Source of the DNA: an uncultured Eubacteriales bacterium
GTDB lineage: Bacteria > Bacillota > Clostridia > Oscillospirales > Acutalibacteraceae
Reading direction: 5' to 3'
DNA: 64,000 nucleotides
Assembly: GCA_900314795.1 (NCBI GenBank)
Contig: OMWP01000001.1
Location: 16,265-80,264 of the forward strand
The stretch's first letter is position 1. Every line of letters starts with the position of its first letter. Of this stretch, positions 42,306 to 52,832 are shown piece by piece. The notes below the pieces were generated by a model. It had not been told where the DNA came from. It made no database searches and saw only the letters and a list, made by a program, of their open reading frames with translations. Position numbers and translations under genes: made by a program.

Positions 42306-42809
42306 ATGAGCAATCATGATGATTTCGTTGATGACTATATCGAATACAGAATCTTTGAAGAAAGCATGAAAAGATCAGGCGGAAAGCCGCCCAGACGTAA
42401 TAGTGGATGCTGTGGCTGCAGCACATGGGCGATCCTCATAGTGGCGATTCTGATTGTACTGGGCGTGTTATGCGCCTGCGGCAAGAGCAATAAAAGTTCA
42501 TACTCTGGCTCATACCGCAGTAATGTCAGCTCGTCATACAGCAATCGTTCTTATTCATCGAGTAGCAAAAGCACATCCAGCGACTACTCTTCCGGAAGAT
42601 CATCGATCCGCTCAACCGGCACCAACTCCGCGTACAGCAACACTTCCAAATCGAAAAGCAGTTCCAAAGCCAAGCGCACATCATCCGATCCGTATGATAC
42701 TAAGTCCTATGCTCATCCGAACGATTTATACTACGATTATCCTGATGACTTTTGGGATTATGAGGATGCGGAGGAATACTGGGAAGAACATCAGGATGTT
42801 TTAGTATAG
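42306..42809 (+). CDS. Hypothetical single-TM protein with a Ser-rich linker and acidic/Tyr-rich tail
   Basis: AGGAGG RBS; hydrophobic WAILIVAILIVLGVLCAC; low-complexity Ser region. Confidence 0.65.
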   Translation: MSNHDDFVDDYIEYRIFEESMKRSGGKPPRRNSGCCGCSTWAILIVAILIVLGVLCACGKSNKSSYSGSYRSNVSSSYSNRSYSSSSKSTSSDYSSGRSSIRSTGTNSAYSNTSKSKSSSKAKRTSSDPYDTKSYAHPNDLYYDYPDDFWDYEDAEEYWEEHQDVLV

Positions 42810-42921
42810 GAAAAAATGTAAAAAGAAATAGTTTCTCTTGATAATTTGCACAAAAAGGATTATATTATTATTGGTAAAGTATAGTAATTTGTCAATTGTT
42901 GTGTAAAAAAGGAGAAAAGCA

Positions 42922-43161
42922 ATGGCTCAGATGGATATAGAAAACATAAAACGGATTGAAAAAAATCGAAATACCATTCATGACAAGGTATATACGACAT
43001 ATACAATTTTTGAAAAAGCTGGAGAAAAGTATATTCAATTTGATACTTATGGCAGAATCGTCAGAGAGAATCCTGAAAAGATTAGTCAATCAATTCAGCT
43101 GGATCGAGAAACTGCCCAATATATCGTAAATCTTTTGATCAGAGAATTCGGATTAAAGTAA
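42922..43161 (+). CDS. Small hypothetical protein leading the MORC-Z1 operon
   Basis: AAGGAG RBS; YIQFDTYGR..ENPEKISQSIQLD; 12 bp upstream of the ATPase. Confidence 0.8.
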   Translation: MAQMDIENIKRIEKNRNTIHDKVYTTYTIFEKAGEKYIQFDTYGRIVRENPEKISQSIQLDRETAQYIVNLLIREFGLK

Positions 43162-43173
43162 CTGGAGTTTACT

Positions 43174-44640
43174 ATGAAATACGCCGATACACCGCCATAT
43201 GCACCAACACTGATGGAATCAACCCGCGCAATTGGTTATTCTATTGAGGCGGCTATTGCCGACATTATTGACAACAGCATTGCCGCAAACGCAAAAACTG
43301 TTAATATCGATTTCTTTCCAATCGGGGAAGCATATATCACTATTCTCGACGATGGGTTTGGTATGACTGAGCAAGAGCTGATTAATGCTATGAAATACGG
43401 AAGTCAAGATCCATTGCAAAAGAGAGATGTTATTGACTTAGGCCGATATGGATTAGGAATGAAAACTGCTTCCTTATCTCAGTGCAGAATACTTACGGTT
43501 ATCTCAAAGAAAAACGAAAATGTTTCAGCGGCACAATGGAATCTGGATCATATAAAAACCGCTGGAACATGGTCGCTTATTCTGTTGGACGAGAATGATA
43601 TTGCAGATTATCCTAATGTAAAAAAGTTACTGTTGCAGGATCAGGGAACCATTATCATATGGCAGGATCTCGATAAATTTGCTGTGGGAGAAAAAGATAT
43701 AGCTGAAGCGTTCAGAAAGAAAATGAACATTATCCGTGATCATCTGTCTTTAGTATTTCACAGATACCTAAGCGGTGAACAGGGAATTCAAAAGCTGGAC
43801 ATTCGCATGAACGAAAAAAGCATTCCCGTACATGATCCTTTCCTGGCAAAGAAAAGCACCCAACTCATGGATGAAGAGGTTATTACGATTCGCGGCGAAA
43901 AAGTTACTGTCAAACCATTTATTTTACCCCATGTCTCAAAACTGACAAAAGCAGAACTGAAAGCTCTGGGAGGTAAAGATGGATTAAGAAAGCAGCAAGG
44001 CTTTTATGTTTATCGCAATAAGCGCCTTTTGGTATGGGGTACGTGGTTTCGTTTGATGCGTCAAGGCGATTTATCAAAGCTTGCAAGAGTTCAAGTGGAT
44101 ATTCCCAACTCGCTTGATGATTTATGGACTTTAGACATCAAAAAATCCACTGCGACTCCGCCGGAGGATATTAAACAAAACTTATCTATTATCATAGGAA
44201 AGATCTCTGAAGGCAGCAAACGCACATGGACGTATCGCGGCAGAAAAGAAACCAGCGACAACGTCATACATATGTGGAATAGGATGATTTCCAGGAACGG
44301 AAACATCTATTATGAGATCAATCCAGATTACCCTATCATACAAGATTTATACACTGATTATCCTGAACTGCGTGAACGATTCGATATACTGCTGCAGCAA
44401 ATAGGATACACTCTCCCGCTGAACTCTCTGTATTTGGATCTGACAAATGACGAGAAGATCGAGAATGACAGCGAAAAAGATACAAAGCAGATTATCAGTA
44501 TGGTAAAAGCTATTCTTTCTGTAAGGGACGAACATACCTCTGTTGAGGAGCTACTGGAAAACCTCAAATTGGCAGAACCGTTTTGCAGCTATGCCGAAGA
44601 GATTGACGAAGCAAAAGTCCGAGGTGAATTTGATGACTGA
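43174..44640 (+). CDS. MORC/MutL-like GHKL ATPase (HATPase_c_3)
   Basis: ADIIDNSIAA (motif I), DDGFGM, GRYGLGMKTAS, GTIIIW. Confidence 0.9.
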   Translation: MKYADTPPYAPTLMESTRAIGYSIEAAIADIIDNSIAANAKTVNIDFFPIGEAYITILDDGFGMTEQELINAMKYGSQDPLQKRDVIDLGRYGLGMKTASLSQCRILTVISKKNENVSAAQWNLDHIKTAGTWSLILLDENDIADYPNVKKLLLQDQGTIIIWQDLDKFAVGEKDIAEAFRKKMNIIRDHLSLVFHRYLSGEQGIQKLDIRMNEKSIPVHDPFLAKKSTQLMDEEVITIRGEKVTVKPFILPHVSKLTKAELKALGGKDGLRKQQGFYVYRNKRLLVWGTWFRLMRQGDLSKLARVQVDIPNSLDDLWTLDIKKSTATPPEDIKQNLSIIIGKISEGSKRTWTYRGRKETSDNVIHMWNRMISRNGNIYYEINPDYPIIQDLYTDYPELRERFDILLQQIGYTLPLNSLYLDLTNDEKIENDSEKDTKQIISMVKAILSVRDEHTSVEELLENLKLAEPFCSYAEEIDEAKVRGEFDD

Positions 44641-47449
44641 CAATATGATTTTTTTGGCGGATACAGTCAGAGCGTTTTTCCTTAGGCAGGAAGAACTGCC
44701 CACGCTTGATGACATATCTAAGAAAGCAGAAGAAATGAGGACAGCTTTATCTGCACTATATCCGATCTCAGATGAAGAATTCATCAAAGTTAGGTCAGAA
44801 TTGTGGAATGACATTATCCACACAATTAACGGCAACGCCATTACTCTGCGCGGACGTGATTCTAACCACAAATCTTGGTACTACAATAGTGACAGTGATC
44901 ATTTTTATTGGAATCGGTATAAAACCTATCTGAGACAGGTGAAGCACTGGTCGGTTGATGTTGTAAACAAAATCGATCAAACTACCAATACCGTTATGGA
45001 CGATTTGGGAGATCCAAAAGACGATGCACCTTTCCAGAGAAGAGGTCTGTTGCTGGGCGATGTGCAATCCGGCAAAACAGGAACCTATACTGCTATATGC
45101 AACAAAGCATCAGATGCCGGTTATAGAGTCATTATTATCTTGGCAGGCATGATGGAGAACTTACGTGTTCAAACTCAATCGCGTCTTGACTCAGAATTTG
45201 TCGGCATTGAGAGTAAGCATACACTGGATAAAAAAGCTGACAACGAAATACGTAATCTTCCTGTAGGCGTTGGAAAAATCCCTCCTATTCAACCTGAAAA
45301 AAGGGTTGCGTGTTTTACTTCTGTTGCAACTGACTTCAACAAGAATACACTTCGTGCTCTCGGCTTGAGTCTTCGAACTCTAAATGGTACTGCTCTGTTT
45401 GTTGTAAAGAAAAATAAGAGTGTTCTGAATAATCTATACAAATGGTTAAGGGACAACAACGCCAACCACGAAACAGGACTTGTCGATTTACCTCTATTAT
45501 TAATAGATGATGAGGCGGATAATGCATCTGTAAACACCAACTCTGAAGAAAAGGATCCGACCGCAATCAATCGCGCTATTCGCAATATTCTGAACTGCTT
45601 CAAAAAAGCATCTTATTTAGGAATTACTGCGACACCGTTCGCAAATATCTTTATTGATCCTGAAGCGGAACACGATGAAGCAGCAAGAGATTTGTTCCCA
45701 AAGGATTTCCTGACAGTATTGCCTACACCTGAAAAGTATATCGGCGCATCAAAGATATTCGGCTATGGCGATGCTGATAATTGGGATAATAAAGGTGCAG
45801 ATTTGCGAGTCGAAGGTGAATACGGAGATTCTGTTATTCCTATCAAAAATGAAGAGCAACAGGATTTTTATGTTTTCAAGCATAAAAAAGAACTGGCAAA
45901 TGATTTGGTAGATATACCGCCCAGTCTAAAAGAGGCAGTTCGCTATTTTATTCTTGCAACAGCTGTTTCCGATTCCAGACTCGATGAAAAAGAGCATCGT
46001 TCCATGTTGGTGAACGTCAGCCGTTATACTATGGTACAAAATGTTACTGCAGATTTAATTGATGATTATTTGACTAAATTCAAATCTGATTTGGAAAACT
46101 ATTCGAATTTGGATATTGACAAAGCAATGCAAATCTCAGGAATAAAGGCCTTGTATTCCACTTGGGAAAAATATGATTTATCCAGCGTGTCTGCACACAA
46201 CTGGGAAGATATGTTAAAGAACTATCTAAACAAAGCAGTAAAAAGAATCAGCGTTCGTGCAGTAAACCAAAAACACGGCGCAGCTACATTGAACTATGGT
46301 GATGAAGAAGGACTAAGGGTGATCGCGGTAGGCGGCAACAGCTTGTCAAGAGGTCTCACACTGGAAGGGTTGATTGTCAGCTATTTTTATCGCAACACCA
46401 TAATGTATGATACACTGCTGCAAATGGGCAGATGGTTCGGATATCGTTTTGGCTATGAGGACCTATTTAAAATATGGATAGCAGAAGACGCTGTAGATTG
46501 GTACGGCTATATTTCTGATGCGGTGAACGAACTGAAAGATGAACTCGACGATATGAAGCGTCAGCACTTAACACCAAAGGATTTTGGTCTCAAAGTCAGG
46601 CGCGCTCCGGGAACGCTTCTCGTTACTGCCAGAAATAAAATGAGAACTGCAACGCCTGTAAACAGACCGATTACTGTTTCGGGCAGAATGCTGGAAACCC
46701 CCAGACTAAAAGCAGATCCGGATGCGCTGGAAGACAATCGATCCTTATGCTTGTCTTTTATAAAGTCGCTTTCTGCCGATAAGAGTATTAGTTATTTGTT
46801 TGATCGATATACCAGTGCACATATTTGGAAGAAAGTTCCGAAGAGTATGATTATCGAAGTTGTCAGGAGTTTTAACTCTCACCCTTGGAACTTAAACTTC
46901 CAGCCTATTGCTCTGGCAGATTATATCGATAAAGATTCTGATACCCTCGAATACTGGGATGTTGCTATTCCTGAGCCTAGGAGAAGTACAAATAGAACTA
47001 TAACGATTGAACTGTCGGAAGGGGAAATATCAGTCCATCCGGAGATTCGAAACATTAAAAAGGAAACCGAAGTCAAAAATATGTTGAAGATTAGTGATCG
47101 GCATGTTCGAGTCGGAGCCGGCGGTTGTTCAAAAATCGGGTTAGATCAAACAGAGATAGATGAAATACGTGAGCGTTGTAAACAGGATAATAAACGAATC
47201 AATGATAAAGAGTACTTGAATACAAAGAAGTATCTTGGAAAACAGCGGCATCCGATTGCTCTTATTCATGTCGTGGAAAAACGCGCCGACAATCAAGATG
47301 AAACCATTCCGCGCTATGTATACGCACTTGGATTAGGTTTTCCTGAAGATGGCATCGAGAGAACTGCAAACTATATGGTAAATATTAACGAACTGAAAAA
47401 CTGGGTAGATATAGTAGACGAGGATGATGACGATGATTACGCTGAATGA
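44633..47449 (+). CDS. Z1-domain SF2 helicase-like / endonuclease protein
   Basis: GDVQSGKT, IDDEADNAS, YLGITATPFANI, LSRGLTLEGL, DTLLQMGRWFGYR. Confidence 0.9.
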   Translation: MTDNMIFLADTVRAFFLRQEELPTLDDISKKAEEMRTALSALYPISDEEFIKVRSELWNDIIHTINGNAITLRGRDSNHKSWYYNSDSDHFYWNRYKTYLRQVKHWSVDVVNKIDQTTNTVMDDLGDPKDDAPFQRRGLLLGDVQSGKTGTYTAICNKASDAGYRVIIILAGMMENLRVQTQSRLDSEFVGIESKHTLDKKADNEIRNLPVGVGKIPPIQPEKRVACFTSVATDFNKNTLRALGLSLRTLNGTALFVVKKNKSVLNNLYKWLRDNNANHETGLVDLPLLLIDDEADNASVNTNSEEKDPTAINRAIRNILNCFKKASYLGITATPFANIFIDPEAEHDEAARDLFPKDFLTVLPTPEKYIGASKIFGYGDADNWDNKGADLRVEGEYGDSVIPIKNEEQQDFYVFKHKKELANDLVDIPPSLKEAVRYFILATAVSDSRLDEKEHRSMLVNVSRYTMVQNVTADLIDDYLTKFKSDLENYSNLDIDKAMQISGIKALYSTWEKYDLSSVSAHNWEDMLKNYLNKAVKRISVRAVNQKHGAATLNYGDEEGLRVIAVGGNSLSRGLTLEGLIVSYFYRNTIMYDTLLQMGRWFGYRFGYEDLFKIWIAEDAVDWYGYISDAVNELKDELDDMKRQHLTPKDFGLKVRRAPGTLLVTARNKMRTATPVNRPITVSGRMLETPRLKADPDALEDNRSLCLSFIKSLSADKSISYLFDRYTSAHIWKKVPKSMIIEVVRSFNSHPWNLNFQPIALADYIDKDSDTLEYWDVAIPEPRRSTNRTITIELSEGEISVHPEIRNIKKETEVKNMLKISDRHVRVGAGGCSKIGLDQTEIDEIRERCKQDNKRINDKEYLNTKKYLGKQRHPIALIHVVEKRADNQDETIPRYVYALGLGFPEDGIERTANYMVNINELKNWVDIVDEDDDDDYAE

Positions 47450-48353
47450 TTTAAAGAAAAAATGGGATTCAACTACTCCGTATTCCAATGGCTTTTTGCA
47501 GATTTCAGAAGAGCATCCTTTATCTGTCCATGTTGGATATGAAGGCGACCAGCGTTGTTTTGTTATACTTGATACTGGAAGATGGGAGAGTATCGAATCT
47601 TCCAAGGCTGTCGGCGCTGAATGCATCGAATACTCAAAAGGCAAATATGGATTAAAGTTTTTATTGAAGTATCCCTCACTGGATGAGCTGTTTATTAAAC
47701 TGTGTTGGGATTTGCTTGATTTTTCAAAATCCGAATCCAATCCTGTGCAGGCAGTATTAGATAGATATAGGAGCTGGTTGCTGCTGCTTCAAAAACAGCG
47801 GACAGGTCTGCTGTCTTTTTCGAGACAAAAAGGACTGATAGCAGAATTGATGATTTTTATTGATCAATGTGAGTATCGAGAAGTTGATGAAGTATTGTCT
47901 GCCTGGGTTGGACCCGAGGGATGTGACCAAGATTTTGTTTTTGATAATTGCTGGTATGAAATCAAGGCAACTGCAAAAGCATCCGACAGTGTTCGGATAT
48001 CATCCCTTCAACAGCTTGATAGAGCGGAATACGGCGAACTGATTGTGCTTTTTATGGATAAAGTATCCTCGGACGGAACAGGGGCTTTTTCGCTTCCTGA
48101 TGTCGTAGAGGATGTACTGCACATCCTTCCAAATCAGGCGCTGAAAGATAAGTTGGAATGCAAATTGGCAATGTACGGATACTATTATCGTGACTCGCAG
48201 AATTACCGCGATATATACTATGATCTCTCTGAGAGACGAGATTATAGAGTTGAGGATGGTTTTCCTATACTTTCCGTTCACAATGTGCCGCACGAAATTA
48301 TCGACGCTAAATACAGTATCGATTTAGCCTCCATAGATTGTTTCAAAAAATAG
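47433..48353 (+). CDS. PD-(D/E)XK motif protein (DUF4420-like)
   Basis: WVGPEGCDQDF..YEIKAT..ISSLQQL; position between Z1 and AIPR. Confidence 0.85.
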   Translation: MITLNDLKKKWDSTTPYSNGFLQISEEHPLSVHVGYEGDQRCFVILDTGRWESIESSKAVGAECIEYSKGKYGLKFLLKYPSLDELFIKLCWDLLDFSKSESNPVQAVLDRYRSWLLLLQKQRTGLLSFSRQKGLIAELMIFIDQCEYREVDEVLSAWVGPEGCDQDFVFDNCWYEIKATAKASDSVRISSLQQLDRAEYGELIVLFMDKVSSDGTGAFSLPDVVEDVLHILPNQALKDKLECKLAMYGYYYRDSQNYRDIYYDLSERRDYRVEDGFPILSVHNVPHEIIDAKYSIDLASIDCFKK

Positions 48354-48363
48354 GAGATCAGTA

Positions 48364-50442
48364 ATGGATGTTCGCGATTTTCAAAAAGATTTTTTAGAAG
48401 AAGTCAAATCATCGGCAGCAATCGATGGTGCCGGTTCAAACGCCGCTTTTGTTAATGTAGCGACTAATTACTTAATCAATGCAGAAGTATTGAGCGATTT
48501 TACGCCTGCCTTTTATGTGGGAACAGGAAAAAACAATCGCAAGCTGCGCATAGACGGATATGTTCTGGATGAGTTTGATGTAACACTTAATCTTATTATT
48601 TCTGATTATACGGGTGATGAAAATCGCGATACGCTTATTAAATCTCAAGCTATAGCTCTATTTGAAAGAATCAATTATTTTCTTGATGAGGTCTATACCG
48701 GAGCTCTGAGAAGGACAGTTGAACCAAGTACACCGGTTTTTGACCTGATTCAGTTGTTGCTAGTCAACAAAGAAAGGATACGGAAATTCAGGTACATTCT
48801 GTTAACAGACGGCATTATGAGCAGCCGTATTTCTGAATTAGATGTCCATTCTTACAACAATATCCCAATCGAATATCAGATCTGGGATATTGAACGAATC
48901 TATAAAGTTTGCTTTTCCGACTTAGGAAGGCAGGATATTGAAATAGACTTCAAATCGCTCAGCGGAGGGAAAGGAATACCGTGTCTTGAAACTACCACTG
49001 CAAACAGCGAGTATTACCAAAGCTATCTATGTATTGTTCCCGGTGAAATGCTGGCAGATCTTTATGATTCCTATGGAAGCCAATTGCTGGAAGGTAATGT
49101 ACGTTCCTTCTTGTCAACCAAAGTTGCGGTCAACAAAAAGATTAGGGAAACTATCCTGAGAATCCCGCAAAACTTTTTTGCCTATAATAATGGCGTTTCT
49201 GCAACTGTTATGGACTTAAAAGTTGAAAAAGGAGAAGATGGACGATATATTACTTATGCAAAGGACTTTCAGATAATTAACGGCGGTCAAACAACAGCAT
49301 CCCTATCAAACACACGGTTTAAGGATCATGCTGATTTGAGTTCAATTTATGTACAGATGAAACTCACAAAAGTTGATTCCGATCCGGATAAAGCAAGTGA
49401 ACTAATTAGGAATATTTCTCGTTCTTCGAATAGTCAGAATAAGGTTAGTGATGCAGATTTCTTTGCAACGCATCCTTTTCATATTCGGATGGAACAGTTG
49501 TCCCGCAGATTGTTCGCACCTGCATCCGGCGGTGCTCAGTATGAAACCAAATGGTTTTATGAGCGCGCACGCGGTCAGTACCTTCAGGCACAAATGCGCA
49601 TGACAAAATCTCAGAAGGATAAGTTTGCTGCGCAAAACCCAAAAAATCAGGTTATCACTAAGACAGATTTAGCCAAATATCGTGATACTTGGGCGGAAAT
49701 GCCTCATATCGTAAGTAAAGGAGCACAGACAAATTTCATGAAGTTTGCCGCATTAGTTGATGACCAGTGGCAAAAATCGGATATTGTTTTTAACGAGAAG
49801 TATTTCAAAGAATCTGTTGCATTAGCTATCTTATTCAAGCATACTGAATGGATAGTATCTCATCAGCCATGGTATGAAAAAGGTTATCGCGCAAATATTG
49901 TTACATATTCAATCGCTCTTTTACATCGAATGATTCGAACTCAGTTTAAAGATATGAATTTGGATCTTCAATCAATATGGACGCGTCAACAAGTTCCAGA
50001 TGCTGTAACAAATGAGTTGGTTCGTATTACAAAGTTTGTTTTTAATTCGATTACCGATCCCGGCCGCGCAACAATAAACGTAACACAATGGTGTAAACGG
50101 GATGCTTGTTGGGATTCAATAAAAAAATGCTCTATTCGTTTATCACAAAACATTCAGCGGTGCTTAACATCAAAGGAAGATAATAAAGCAGCTGAAAAAG
50201 AAGCAAAGAGTGATCAAAAGATAGCTTCTGATATGCAAGCTCAGGCAAAAGTGATAGAACTTGGTGCTGAATACTGGAAGTCGGTTGAATCCTTTGTGAA
50301 ATTAAAAAAGGTTAACGCTTCTCCCGATCAGCTTAAGGCTCTAAAATATGCAGTCAAGATTCCTGTACAGATTCCCAGTGCATATCAGAGCGTACAGCTT
50401 ATGAGGCTTCTTGAAGAAGCGAAGGCAAACGGATATAAATAA
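48364..50442 (+). CDS. AIPR-family protein (abortive infection phage resistance; ParB-like fold)
   Basis: LLEGNVRSFL, FFAYNNG, QIINGGQTTASL, SNSQNKV, WFYERARGQY. Confidence 0.92.
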   Translation: MDVRDFQKDFLEEVKSSAAIDGAGSNAAFVNVATNYLINAEVLSDFTPAFYVGTGKNNRKLRIDGYVLDEFDVTLNLIISDYTGDENRDTLIKSQAIALFERINYFLDEVYTGALRRTVEPSTPVFDLIQLLLVNKERIRKFRYILLTDGIMSSRISELDVHSYNNIPIEYQIWDIERIYKVCFSDLGRQDIEIDFKSLSGGKGIPCLETTTANSEYYQSYLCIVPGEMLADLYDSYGSQLLEGNVRSFLSTKVAVNKKIRETILRIPQNFFAYNNGVSATVMDLKVEKGEDGRYITYAKDFQIINGGQTTASLSNTRFKDHADLSSIYVQMKLTKVDSDPDKASELIRNISRSSNSQNKVSDADFFATHPFHIRMEQLSRRLFAPASGGAQYETKWFYERARGQYLQAQMRMTKSQKDKFAAQNPKNQVITKTDLAKYRDTWAEMPHIVSKGAQTNFMKFAALVDDQWQKSDIVFNEKYFKESVALAILFKHTEWIVSHQPWYEKGYRANIVTYSIALLHRMIRTQFKDMNLDLQSIWTRQQVPDAVTNELVRITKFVFNSITDPGRATINVTQWCKRDACWDSIKKCSIRLSQNIQRCLTSKEDNKAAEKEAKSDQKIASDMQAQAKVIELGAEYWKSVESFVKLKKVNASPDQLKALKYAVKIPVQIPSAYQSVQLMRLLEEAKANGYK

Positions 50443-50457
50443 AAGGGAGCTATTACA

Positions 50458-52062
50458 ATGGAAAAGTATTCAGTCGTAGACTTATTTGCCGGCGCCGGCG
50501 GATTGAGTCTGGGCTTTTTACAAACAGGAAGATTTGATATAAAAGTTGCATTTGAGAATAATCCAGATATGCAGGCTACATACAAAAAAAATCACCCAGG
50601 CGTTGAAGTGTTGGGTGATGTTTGCCAAGCGGATTACTCAGCGATGAAAGATAAATATGGAGATATTGACGTTGTGATAGGCGGACCTCCCTGTCAAGGA
50701 TTCTCCAATGCGAATCGGCAAAAGAATCATGCGGTCAGCATGAACAACATGCTGGTTAAACAATATATTCGCGCGATATTAGAATTGAATCCCAAAGCGT
50801 TTGTTATGGAAAATGTAAGCATGCTGAAATCTGATGTGCATCGTTTTTACATGACAAGAAGCGATATAGACTGTATCAGAAAATACAAAATACCGACAAA
50901 AGAAACCAGATTGCTGTTGCTTGAAAAAAAGTATCTGTTTGACGGTGCTGCAGACATCGTTTCTTCTCCATCAAAAATTGCTTCTTATCTTTGGCCGGAA
51001 GAGCACTACCAGTTGCTGAATATAATTTACAAAGCGACAAATAATGTCAAAAAGCTTAGAAAGGCATTAGTAAAGCATAAATCAGCATTATTGAAAATTG
51101 CTGACAAGCATATTAGAGATTCAAGTGATTATATCCTTTCACATGACAGCGCAGCGTTCTCTGAAGTTAAAGAATACTTCTTTACCGACGTTGCAGATGA
51201 AGATGTTTATTCTGCACAGACGATTCGTGAAAGCATTGAGTGCTCTGTTATGATTCAAAGAATGCTTGGCAAGGCACAAGAATTATTTTCCAATGATATT
51301 ATTGTTGAGGATTACAGTGAAACAGATGATCTTACGGCAGTGATAAAATCGTTTGCTGTATATGATTATCTGACTTCTATTCTTCAATCCGAAGATAACG
51401 GCTATGTCATTGATCATAAAGTATTATGTGCAGCTGATTATGGCGCCCCGCAGAAACGCAACAGATTTGTAGTAATGGGCGTTAAAAAAGAACTTGCTTC
51501 CAAGATTGCTTTGCCAAGCCCAGAATTAGATGAAGACGAATACAAAACCGTGCGAGATGCAATTGAAGATATTGAAGATGTGGAACCGGTCACTGAGGTT
51601 TCAGATGATATCGGAATTGTGCTGAATGAAAAGGATGTTGATGGTCTGGCTGGATCATTGAGAGATTCGGAACGATTGTATAATCATGTGATAACAAAGA
51701 CGACCGCGACCGCTATGGAAAGATTCAAGGCAATCAAGCAAGGAGAGAATTTCCATTCACTAGATGATGCCCTGAAAACTAATACATATACTGATGTGTC
51801 CAGAACACAGAATACGATTTATTTAAGATTGAATTATGATGAACCCAGCGGTACCGTTGTTAATGTAAGAAAATCCATGTGGATACATCCTGTAAAAAAC
51901 CGGGCTGTCAGCATAAGAGAAGCAGCCAGATTACAGACTTTCCCTGATAGTTTCATCTTCTGTGGAACAAAGGATAAACAGTATCAGCAGGTCGGCAATG
52001 CGGTTCCTCCTATTATGGCAAAGGCAATAGCAAATAAGCTTTGCCGATACTTGTCAAAATAA
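50458..52062 (+). CDS. dcm: DNA (cytosine-5)-methyltransferase with a large internal insertion
   Basis: DLFAGAGG (I), GGPPCQGFS (IV), MENV (VI), PQKRNR (VIII), REAARLQTFPD (IX), QVGNAVPP (X). Confidence 0.95.
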   Translation: MEKYSVVDLFAGAGGLSLGFLQTGRFDIKVAFENNPDMQATYKKNHPGVEVLGDVCQADYSAMKDKYGDIDVVIGGPPCQGFSNANRQKNHAVSMNNMLVKQYIRAILELNPKAFVMENVSMLKSDVHRFYMTRSDIDCIRKYKIPTKETRLLLLEKKYLFDGAADIVSSPSKIASYLWPEEHYQLLNIIYKATNNVKKLRKALVKHKSALLKIADKHIRDSSDYILSHDSAAFSEVKEYFFTDVADEDVYSAQTIRESIECSVMIQRMLGKAQELFSNDIIVEDYSETDDLTAVIKSFAVYDYLTSILQSEDNGYVIDHKVLCAADYGAPQKRNRFVVMGVKKELASKIALPSPELDEDEYKTVRDAIEDIEDVEPVTEVSDDIGIVLNEKDVDGLAGSLRDSERLYNHVITKTTATAMERFKAIKQGENFHSLDDALKTNTYTDVSRTQNTIYLRLNYDEPSGTVVNVRKSMWIHPVKNRAVSIREAARLQTFPDSFIFCGTKDKQYQQVGNAVPPIMAKAIANKLCRYLSK

Positions 52063-52105
52063 AGTTGAGAACAAATAACTATCATATTCTGAAACGAGGC
52101 AGTTC

Positions 52106-52516
52106 ATGGATAACCATGATAAAAAGACCAGAAGCTATAATATGTCTATGATCAGAAGCAAAAACACCAAACCGGAGGAACTGGTAAGGAAGTATCTGTT
52201 TTCCCATGGATTCAGATACCGAAAGAACGTCCGAACGCTACCAGGTTCTCCGGATATCGTTTTGCCTAAATATAAGACCGTCATTTTTGTGAACGGATGT
52301 TTTTGGCATAAACATGACTGTCCACGCTTTGTTTGGCCGAAAAGCAATACAGAGTACTGGAATAAAAAAATTGAAAACAATGTAAAACGTGATACAGATA
52401 ATACAGCATTACTGAAACAAGCCGGCTGGAAGGTTATCGTTGTATGGGAATGTGAGCTAAAAAAGGACATAGCAGCTGATACATTGGATTCACTGGTAAA
52501 AAGAATAAGAGTGTAA
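52106..52516 (+). CDS. vsr: Very short patch repair endonuclease
   Basis: NMSMIRSKNTKPE, GSPDIV, FVNGCFWHKHDC, NVKRD, VWEC. Confidence 0.95.
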   Translation: MDNHDKKTRSYNMSMIRSKNTKPEELVRKYLFSHGFRYRKNVRTLPGSPDIVLPKYKTVIFVNGCFWHKHDCPRFVWPKSNTEYWNKKIENNVKRDTDNTALLKQAGWKVIVVWECELKKDIAADTLDSLVKRIRV

Positions 52517-52832
52517 CTTAATAATAAAAGAAAAGCTTTCGACAGATCTTAGAAGATATCGAAAGCGATGAACAGCTATTCTATTCTGGTGTGATGCAAA
52601 TCGCCCGACTGCATCAAGATCGCCGGCTGCACTTCCGGTAGAGCGACTTTATCTCTGGCGGTTTCTTCAGCGAGCTTCACGTATCTCCACTCGCGGTCGG
52701 TGCATAGATATTAACAGGATACGCTGTTAATACAAACAAGATACTACCATAAAAACGGAATATTAGCAACTACCTTTTTTCAGTTAATCATTCTAAGAAA
52801 TACATTCAGAAACAATTCATAGGAGAAACAAC

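Noticed and set aside
52555-52715. Possible remnant of a helicase or type I restriction subunit C-terminus
   Set aside because: Only short frame-broken peptide similarity from recall; cannot be supported without BLASTx.
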